Positions 47,747 to 54,393 of a stretch of 54,393 nucleotides of DNA are shown piece by piece; the first letter of the stretch is position 1; each line of letters opens with the position of its first letter. The DNA is from Candidatus Nanopelagicales bacterium (lineage in GTDB: Bacteria; Actinomycetota; Actinomycetes; S36-B12; UBA5976): the NCBI GenBank assembly GCA_041687715.1, contig JBDNJO010000002.1, positions 1 to 54,393 of the forward strand, written 5' to 3'. The notes beneath the pieces were generated by a model. The model was not told where the DNA came from, did no database searches, and saw nothing but the letters and a program-made list of their open reading frames with translations. A program made the position numbers and the translations under genes.

Positions 47747-48489
47747 GATGAATCGACTTCTCCAGAGAGCCCAGCTTCAACTAAATCAAGATCAACATTT
47801 GCATAAGTTCCAGACAGCTTTGTGACTTTAAAGCGCGCAAAAAGTTCCTCGGAATACCAGCCGGTTTCATGAGTGCGGGCAATTACAGCTGCATGTGGCT
47901 TCTGTCGCGATGCAAACTGCGTAATGCTGTCATTGTTTTGCCACAAACTAAAAGTTCCTTGTAATCCAACTGGCGCTTCACCTATACCTAAACTGGCAAT
48001 AAGTCCTGGGGTTGAATTTAAATCCGCTGAAACTGGCGGAACGCTTCGCCAAAATTCCAGCCACCATTTTGGCTTGATGGCTGCTCGGGTAAGTGCGGCA
48101 GTCAGTCCAGTCCATTTCTCTGGCACGGGATTTCCAAATGGGGATTCACCTGCCCAAGTTCCCTTGGATGCAAGTGGAATCAATTCCAAGTGCGCCTGTG
48201 ACTTTGCAATTTTTGCCCACTGCTGTGCTGGTTTACTATTGGGAAAACTCTGAGAAGCTGCCTCAGTTTGCCAAACTGTTAACGTGCACCAGTGGTGTAC
48301 ATCGGCGTCTCGAACCGTGAAGGTCTTGCCGGAGCCCGTACCCATTAACTTAAAAAAATCTAAGCCAGGAATTTTGCGCAGTAATCGTCGCTGACTTGCC
48401 ATCAATAAAAATGCAGTTGGAATATTTCTGCTGCTGACTCGGGTTATGTCAATTCGAACGTACACAAGTTCGACTTTAGTCGTGCGCAA
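47743..48489 (-). CDS. crtA: Spheroidene-monooxygenase-like (CrtA family) protein
   Basis: 248 aa. FFKLMGTGSGKTFT, ALTRAAIKPKWWLEFWRSVP, GIGEAPVGLQGTFSLW and GWYSEELFARFKV match my memory of the CrtA pattern. This was not searched. Confidence 0.55.
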   Translation of the reverse strand: MRTTKVELVYVRIDITRVSSRNIPTAFLLMASQRRLLRKIPGLDFFKLMGTGSGKTFTVRDADVHHWCTLTVWQTEAASQSFPNSKPAQQWAKIAKSQAHLELIPLASKGTWAGESPFGNPVPEKWTGLTAALTRAAIKPKWWLEFWRSVPPVSADLNSTPGLIASLGIGEAPVGLQGTFSLWQNNDSITQFASRQKPHAAVIARTHETGWYSEELFARFKVTKLSGTYANVDLDLVEAGLSGEVDSS

Positions 48490-48988
48490 CAGCGAGCGCT
48501 GTTCCTGCGGTTATGTCGAGTAAGGATTCAAAATTTAGGCTGCAAACTACGTGAGTGTGACCGCATGCACCCCAAACAATTGGGTAGTCGCCAAGAGCTT
48601 GGTCAATTATGGTCTGGGGTTGAAATACTTCACCCTCATGGAGCCAGCCAACTGGAGATACGCCGCCGATAGCAAACCCACTCCACAACCGTACGAAGTC
48701 GGCGTCAGCACGCCCTAACTTTTCAAGTCCAAGCGCTTTGGCCACTAATTCAGTGTCTACGCGATGGCGACCAGAGGTCACAACTAGCAGAGGTTGTTCA
48801 CCTTCATGATCAGAAATCTTAAACACAATCGAGGATGCGATCTGACCGACTTCTACATCCAGTACTTGCGCAGCCTCTAGCGCCGTTCGCGCAGTATCCG
48901 ATAAGTGTCTAATTTCGGTTGCTATGCCATGACGTTCAAGTTCTGTGCGCACGCGTTTAACAGATGAGTGTTCAGTTTCTTGCGTCAT
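48476..48988 (-). CDS. ybaK: YbaK/EbsC-type aminoacyl-tRNA deacylase domain protein
   Basis: 170 aa. The pattern TARTALEAAQVLDVEVGQIASSIVFK...GGVSPVG is typical of YbaK/ProX editing domains. Confidence 0.8.
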   Translation of the reverse strand: MTQETEHSSVKRVRTELERHGIATEIRHLSDTARTALEAAQVLDVEVGQIASSIVFKISDHEGEQPLLVVTSGRHRVDTELVAKALGLEKLGRADADFVRLWSGFAIGGVSPVGWLHEGEVFQPQTIIDQALGDYPIVWGACGHTHVVCSLNFESLLDITAGTALAVAHD

Positions 48989-49001
48989 TTTAAATCAGGA
49001 T

Positions 49002-50354
49002 TTAAGCAGTAGCTTCTTTGAACTGTTGCTCAATGATTGTTAATGCATCATCTAGCAAATGCTCAGGCATAACCATTGGCGGCAGGAAGCGCAAAACATT
49101 TCCATATGTTCCAGCAGTTAGGACTAACACACCGTTTGCATGACAAGCTTTTGCCACTTTGTTAGTCATGTCGGCATCTGGTTCATTTGTTCCCTTTTTT
49201 ACAATTTCCACCGCAACCATGGCGCCACGGCCACGAACTTCACAAATCACACCAGTATCGGCCGCAATTTTTTCCAGCCGAGGCTTCATGATTTCCTCAA
49301 TGCGACGAGCCTTTGCATTTAAATCTTCACGTTCCATAACGGCGATTGAACCAAGTGCTGCTGCACATGCGATTGGGTTTCCGCCGTATGTTCCACCAAG
49401 TCCACCTGCGTGCACTGAGTCCATGATTTCGGCGCGGCCAGTAACTGCAGCTAGTGGTAATCCACCTGCAATGCCTTTTGCCGTAATGATCATGTCGGGG
49501 ACGATACCTTCATGCTCGGAAGCAAACCAGTTACCAGTACGGCAAAAACCAGTTTGTACTTCATCAGCAACAAAAACTATTCCACTGTCCTTTGAGTACT
49601 GGACTAAGTCACTCATAAATCCAGCAGCAGGTACAACAAAGCCACCTTCACCTTGGATTGGTTCGATGACAATAGCCGCAATGTTCTCGGCACCGATTTC
49701 CTTGTTCATGCGACTAATTGCATGTGCTGCTGCTTCTGCGCCGGTTAGTCCATCATGGGCAGGGTAGGACATTGGCATGCGATAAATTTCCGGTGCGAAC
49801 GGTCCAAAGCCTTGCTTGTAAGGAATAACTTTTGCAGTCATTCCCATAGTTAGGTTAGTGCGACCGTGATAACCGTGCTCAAACACGACAACAGCTTGAC
49901 GCTTGGTGTAGACACGAGCAATTTTTACAGCATTCTCAACTGCTTCGGCGCCTGAGTTAAAAAGTGCGGAGCGCTTCTCGTGATCTCCAGGAGTTAGTCG
50001 ATTCAATGCTTCGCAAACTTCGACATAACCTTCGTAATGGGTGACGGTAAAGCAGGTGTGGGTAAATTTTGCGACTTGCTCTTGCACGCGAGCAACTACT
50101 TCTTCAGCCGCATTTCCAACACCGGTTACGGCAATTCCGGAACCCATGTCGATTAGCGAGTTGCCATCTATATCTACGACAACACCACCACCGGCACGTT
50201 CTATATAGATAGGTAGCGTGGAGCCAACGCCAGCACTTACGGCCGCAGTACGACGCTCAAGCATTGCAAGGGATTTGGGTCCTGGAACTGCTGTGACCAG
50301 GTTTCGTTCTTGCGCAATTCCGTTTACAGGAGATGAGATGTTGGTAGTTGTCAT
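49002..50354 (-). CDS. gabT: 4-aminobutyrate aminotransferase (class III PLP aminotransferase)
   Basis: 450 aa with ADEVQTGFCRTG and PLP-Lys context ITAKGIAGG. The N-terminus parallels actinobacterial GabT. Confidence 0.9.
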   Translation of the reverse strand: MTTTNISSPVNGIAQERNLVTAVPGPKSLAMLERRTAAVSAGVGSTLPIYIERAGGGVVVDIDGNSLIDMGSGIAVTGVGNAAEEVVARVQEQVAKFTHTCFTVTHYEGYVEVCEALNRLTPGDHEKRSALFNSGAEAVENAVKIARVYTKRQAVVVFEHGYHGRTNLTMGMTAKVIPYKQGFGPFAPEIYRMPMSYPAHDGLTGAEAAAHAISRMNKEIGAENIAAIVIEPIQGEGGFVVPAAGFMSDLVQYSKDSGIVFVADEVQTGFCRTGNWFASEHEGIVPDMIITAKGIAGGLPLAAVTGRAEIMDSVHAGGLGGTYGGNPIACAAALGSIAVMEREDLNAKARRIEEIMKPRLEKIAADTGVICEVRGRGAMVAVEIVKKGTNEPDADMTNKVAKACHANGVLVLTAGTYGNVLRFLPPMVMPEHLLDDALTIIEQQFKEATA

Positions 50355-50464
50355 GTCACAATGCTAGACCTGCCAGAAAATCAGGCAAATCGAGACTCCT
50401 GGCTTTGGAATCTGACCCAGTCACAGTTAGTTTCTCGCCCCAATAGGGCGTAACGTATGGGGTT

Positions 50465-51907
50465 ATGAGCGCTATTTACCCATTTTGGATTGCTGGAAAA
50501 CCCGTCACAAGTGACACAGTTGCTGATGTTATTCATCCTGGTGATGGAAAAGTAATTGGCCAGTATTACGTTCCAAGCGCAGCTCATGTCGAACAAGCGG
50601 TCGCTGGCGCCTGGGAATCACGGCACGCCACCCGGCGAACGACTGCAGCGCAGCGCGCGGATGCTCTGATGTTGATATCAAAGCGCTTGACCGAACGGGC
50701 TGAGGAAATCGCGCAATTAATTCTGGATGAGAACGGTAAGCCATTAATGTGGGCGCGAGCGGAAGCAGGTCGAGCAGGCTTAGTTTTCCGCTGGGCTGCC
50801 GAGGAAGTTCGCAGATTTTCCGGCGAACTACAACGCCTTGATACCGAGGCCGCTACCGCTGGGCGCATGGCAATCATTCGTAGATTTCCGCATGGACCTG
50901 TTCTTGGCATCTCACCTTTTAATTTTCCAATGAATCTTGTAGCTCATAAAGTTGCGCCTGCTATTGCAGTGGGCGCACCCATAGTTGTAAAGCCTGCTCC
51001 AAGTACACCGCTTAGCGCATTGTTACTTGGTGAGATTTTGGCTGAGGCAGATTTACCTGTTGGCTCGTGGTCTGTGATTCCAGTTGGCAATGAGGCAGCG
51101 CCAGCATTGGTCGCTGACGTGCGATTACCAGTTGTGTCCTTCACTGGTTCTGACAAAGTTGGGTTTGAAATTCAAAAAGCAGTTCCTAGCAAACACATCA
51201 CCTTAGAGCTCGGTGGAAACGCGGCGGTAGTTGTACTAGAGGACTGGAGTAGCGAAAAAGATCTAACTTGGGCTGCTGCACGCATCGCGACTTTTGCAAA
51301 CTACCAAGCTGGACAATCTTGCATTTCAGTACAGCGAGTCCTGATACACGAATCATTATTCGAAGATTTAAGAAATCGCATTGTGGCTGCCGTTGCGGCG
51401 CTTCCAAATGGTGATCCGCGTGATGAAAAAACTGTTGTTGGTCCGATGATTAATGAAGCTGCTGCCGTTCGAGTTGAGGAATGGGTGAATGAAGCAGTTG
51501 CTGCTGGCGCAAAAGTGCTAACGGGCGGCAAGCGTAACGGTTCATTTTATGAACCAACTGTTTTAATCGATGTACCAATAGATGCAAAAGTTTCTTGCAA
51601 TGAGGTTTTTGGTCCGGTAATGCTTTTGAATTCCATAGCATCCACGCAAGAAGGTCTCGACATCGTTAATGATTCGCCGTTCGGATTGCAAGCAGGTGTA
51701 TTCACTCACAATTTACAAACTGCATTCCTCGCGCACACTGAATTGGAAGTTGGCGGTGTCATTATTGGTGATGTACCAACATTTAGATCTGATCAAATGC
51801 CATATGGTGGCGTTAAAGCATCTGGCGTCGGCAAAGAAGGTTTGCGTCATGCGATGCAAGACCTTACTCATGAGCGTATTCTGGTTCTCAGCGACTTGGC
51901 TCTCTAA
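50465..51907 (+). CDS. gabD: NAD(P)-dependent aldehyde dehydrogenase, probable succinate-semialdehyde dehydrogenase
   Basis: 480 aa with catalytic Glu in LELGGNA and Cys in GQSCISVQR. It is divergent from gabT. Confidence 0.8.
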   Translation: MSAIYPFWIAGKPVTSDTVADVIHPGDGKVIGQYYVPSAAHVEQAVAGAWESRHATRRTTAAQRADALMLISKRLTERAEEIAQLILDENGKPLMWARAEAGRAGLVFRWAAEEVRRFSGELQRLDTEAATAGRMAIIRRFPHGPVLGISPFNFPMNLVAHKVAPAIAVGAPIVVKPAPSTPLSALLLGEILAEADLPVGSWSVIPVGNEAAPALVADVRLPVVSFTGSDKVGFEIQKAVPSKHITLELGGNAAVVVLEDWSSEKDLTWAAARIATFANYQAGQSCISVQRVLIHESLFEDLRNRIVAAVAALPNGDPRDEKTVVGPMINEAAAVRVEEWVNEAVAAGAKVLTGGKRNGSFYEPTVLIDVPIDAKVSCNEVFGPVMLLNSIASTQEGLDIVNDSPFGLQAGVFTHNLQTAFLAHTELEVGGVIIGDVPTFRSDQMPYGGVKASGVGKEGLRHAMQDLTHERILVLSDLAL

Positions 51908-51910
51908 CCA

Positions 51911-51959
51911 ACAGTGAACATTAACAGTGAACATTAATAAGAAGTGACAGTGAATAAAC
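51911..51959 (+). repeat. 13-bp perfect tandem duplication ACAGTGAACATTA x2 (51911-51936) plus a degenerate third copy (51947-51959) spanning the dxr start codon
   Basis: Direct reading of the sequence. Confidence 0.9.
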
Positions 51960-53173
51960 CGCGTCAGGTTTCGGTTTTGGGTTCCACGGGAAGTATTGGA
52001 ACGCAAACTCTTGACATCATCCGGGCAAATCCCACCGATTTTAATGTTGTTGGAATATGCGCCGGTGGAAGTAATCCCACTTTGTTGGCGCAACAAGCCT
52101 TGGAATTCAGTGTCGAGTACTTAGCAATTGCCAATGCAACGTCAGCACAAGATGTCCAACTCGCACTTTATGCACATGCAAAAAAATTAGGTTATTCGGA
52201 AGGAAATTTCACACTTCCTAAACTTTTCATTGGACCGAGTGCCGCAACTGAATTAGCACAAATACCCGTTGATGTTTTGGTAAATGGAATCACCGGTGCC
52301 GTTGGATTATTGCCAACTGTGGCAACTTTAAAAGCTGGTTCCACTTTAGCCTTGGCCAATAAAGAATCGTTAGTAATTGGCGGGGCTGCCGTCACGAAGT
52401 TAGCTAAACCTGGGCAGATTGTTCCAGTTGATAGCGAGCACTCTGCGATTGCACAATGCCTACTCGGTCAGCAAGGTAAACAAATTAGCAAACTAATTTT
52501 GACTGCAAGTGGTGGACCCTTTCGTGGCATGAGCTTGGCGCAATTACATGAGGTAACAGTCGAGCAAGCGCTAAAGCATCCAACTTGGTCGATGGGTCCT
52601 GTGGTCACAATTAATTCTGCAACCATGATGAATAAAGGTTTAGAAATTATTGAAGCTCACTTATTGTTCGATGTACCTTTTGAAAACATCGAAGTCGTAG
52701 TGCATCCACAGTCAGTGGTTCATTCAATGGTTGAGTTTGTTGATGGTTCGACCATCGCGCAGGCAAGTCCACCCGACATGCATTTGCCAATCTCATTAAG
52801 TTTGAATTGGCCAAATCGAATTGCAAACGGGTCACCGGCATGCGATTGGACCGCGCCAATTTCGTGGAATTTCGAACCACTTGATGAAGTAAATTTTCCA
52901 GCAGTTTCGCTTGCAAAGCGCGCAGGTGCATTAGCGGGTACAGCGCCAGCAGTACTTAATGGTGCAAACGAAGTGGCAGTGGCCGCATTCTTGGCTGGGA
53001 AAATGAGCTTTGTAAAAATTGTCGACTTTGTAGCCCTAGTGCTGGATGCGCACATCGAAACTAATTTTGTTTCTGATGCAGAGCTGACGATAGAAGAAGT
53101 TTTAAAGGCAGCAGAATGGGCACAACGATCTGGTCAAGAGTTACTTGGCGTCAATGATGACTTCAGTGCGTAA
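51944..53173 (+). CDS. dxr: 1-deoxy-D-xylulose-5-phosphate reductoisomerase
   Basis: 409 aa with GSTGSIGTQT, LANKES, DSEHSA and NKGLE motifs; GTG start. Confidence 0.95.
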   Translation: MTVNKPRQVSVLGSTGSIGTQTLDIIRANPTDFNVVGICAGGSNPTLLAQQALEFSVEYLAIANATSAQDVQLALYAHAKKLGYSEGNFTLPKLFIGPSAATELAQIPVDVLVNGITGAVGLLPTVATLKAGSTLALANKESLVIGGAAVTKLAKPGQIVPVDSEHSAIAQCLLGQQGKQISKLILTASGGPFRGMSLAQLHEVTVEQALKHPTWSMGPVVTINSATMMNKGLEIIEAHLLFDVPFENIEVVVHPQSVVHSMVEFVDGSTIAQASPPDMHLPISLSLNWPNRIANGSPACDWTAPISWNFEPLDEVNFPAVSLAKRAGALAGTAPAVLNGANEVAVAAFLAGKMSFVKIVDFVALVLDAHIETNFVSDAELTIEEVLKAAEWAQRSGQELLGVNDDFSA

Positions 53174-53182
53174 GGATTAACT

Positions 53183-54393
53183 ATGTTGACTTTGCTTGGC
53201 GTATTAGTTTTTTCTCTTGGATTATTAGGATCCATTGCACTTCATGAACTTGGTCACTTGCTCCCTGCCAAAAGATTTGGCGTTAAGGTTCCGCAATACA
53301 TGGTCGGATTTGGCCCAACTTTATGGTCGCGGAAAAAGGGCGATACTGAGTACGGCATCAAGGCAATTCCTCTTGGTGGGTACATCCGAATGATTGGAAT
53401 GTTTCCGCCCAATCCCGCTGGAGTACAAGACAAGGAACACCTAGGTCGCGTTGGATTAATGGTCGAGTCAGCGCGAGAGGAAGTTCTTGCCGAAATCTCT
53501 GCGATTGATGAGCCACGAACTTTTTACCGTTTGAGTGTTCCAAAAAAACTCGCCGTCATGTTCGGTGGCCCATTCATGAATCTGGTAATCGCTTCAATCT
53601 TGTTCACAATTTCACTGAGCGTAATCGGACGACCAGAAGTAACGACGACCGTAAGTGAAGTAGTTGCCTGCGTTCCTACCGCCGCAAATCCAAATGGCAT
53701 TGCCTCAACCAACGGTGAATGTGTCGGTGGCAAACAAACTCCCGCTGCGCTAATTGGCCTAAAGGCGCAAGACACTTTACTTTCCGTAGCTGGCGTAGAA
53801 ATTTCTAGTTGGGAGGCGCTCGCACCTACGCTTGCGACGAGAGCTGGCGAGAGCGTGCCAGTAACTTATCGAACCCCACAAGGAGAAGTCGTAACTAAAA
53901 CTGTCGAGGTTGCTTCTTATGAAACTGCAATTGTGGATACTTCAGGTAATGCCACAGGGGAGTTCACCAAACGTGGCTTCCTTGGGATTTCTCCAGCATT
54001 TAATTTGGTTCCGGCGCCAGTCTCCGAAGTGCCAGATTTCATGGCGACGCTTACCGTAGCGAGCGCTAGTGCGTTACTTGATTTTCCAGCTCGGGTTTTT
54101 GGTTTAGCTGGAGACCTGTTTACTCCGGTGCCGCGCGATCCACAAAGCCCGGTGAGTGTCATTGGAATTGGTCGCATCAGCGGTCAGATAGCGGGCAGTG
54201 AAGGCATCCCGAGCATTTACAAAGTAGCTGACTTAATTAATTTGTTGGCATCTGTGAATCTATTTTTGTTTGTTTTTAATATGGTTCCAATTTTGCCCTT
54301 GGATGGCGGCCACATAGCAGGAGCACTTTACGAGGGATTGCGCCGCCAACTTGCCAGACTTCGACGAAAGCCACTTCCAGGCCCTGTCGACAC
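53183..54393 (+). CDS. rseP: Site-2 protease, M50 zinc metalloprotease (RseP/Rip1-like); partial, continues beyond right edge
   Basis: Absent from the ORF track because it is open-ended. My translation from ATG 53183 reads MLTLLGVLVFSLGLLGSIALHELGHLLPAKRFGVKVPQYMVGFGP...IPLGGYIRM. It has the HELGH zinc site and follows dxr, as in other actinobacteria. Confidence 0.9.
   Translation, partial: MLTLLGVLVFSLGLLGSIALHELGHLLPAKRFGVKVPQYMVGFGPTLWSRKKGDTEYGIKAIPLGGYIRMIGMFPPNPAGVQDKEHLGRVGLMVESAREEVLAEISAIDEPRTFYRLSVPKKLAVMFGGPFMNLVIASILFTISLSVIGRPEVTTTVSEVVACVPTAANPNGIASTNGECVGGKQTPAALIGLKAQDTLLSVAGVEISSWEALAPTLATRAGESVPVTYRTPQGEVVTKTVEVASYETAIVDTSGNATGEFTKRGFLGISPAFNLVPAPVSEVPDFMATLTVASASALLDFPARVFGLAGDLFTPVPRDPQSPVSVIGIGRISGQIAGSEGIPSIYKVADLINLLASVNLFLFVFNMVPILPLDGGHIAGALYEGLRRQLARLRRKPLPGPVD

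Noticed and set aside
1-54393. Mobile elements, prophage, defence islands, toxin-antitoxin pairs, tRNA/rRNA genes and CRISPR arrays.
   Set aside because: No transposase, integrase, recombinase, phage structural, restriction, Cas or typical TA-sized gene pairs are present. No cloverleaf-like or rRNA-like non-coding stretches exist, because the intergenic space is too small. The barstar-like ORF is the only immunity-like element, and it has no partner.

Overview
Chromosomal window from an actinobacterium with only moderate GC and very tight gene packing. Many genes have 1-25 nt overlaps and there are almost no long intergenic regions. I infer a streamlined, probably freshwater lineage (acI/Nanopelagicales-like), but this is not verifiable here. 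I support about 56 protein genes, one cobalamin riboswitch, two good intrinsic terminators and two small tandem repeats. I see no rRNA or tRNA, no CRISPR, no transposase, integrase or phage genes, and no recognisable defence or toxin-antitoxin locus.

The gene order follows a conserved actinobacterial core block: sucB-lpdA-pepA, gcvT-cobT-cobS, DUF3043, glxK-erpA-adoK, ctaCDF, qcrBAC-ctaE, trpD, DnaQ-Cho fusion, pimB-GT87-fadD15-plsC, aroG, Ser/Thr kinase, mptA-idsA. From memory this matches the M. tuberculosis dlaT...idsA2 region.

Lineage-specific modules appear to be threaded into that backbone:
- A riboswitch-controlled btuFCD-cobU operon, convergent with cobT-cobS-cobC. Together they form a cobamide salvage and nucleotide-loop module.
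- aat, murT-gatD and a PPi-type phosphofructokinase.
- A carotenoid system spread over four transcription units: crtYc-crtYd, crtB, crtE-crtI-mptA, and a co-directional gabT-ybaK-crtA-like-cruF-GT2-crtD-like string. Wedged between these units are an orphan barstar-like ORF and an atypical CDP-alcohol phosphatidyltransferase.
- Several small uncharacterised ORFs: a 71-aa acidic protein, a 69-aa Cys4 protein and an atypical receiver-only protein.

The best candidate for an incompletely described system is the carotenoid tailoring operon and its odd neighbours (43.7-50.4 kb). I predict it makes a hydroxylated or keto, glycosylated monocyclic carotenoid. All functional calls rest on motif reading by eye; no searches were run.
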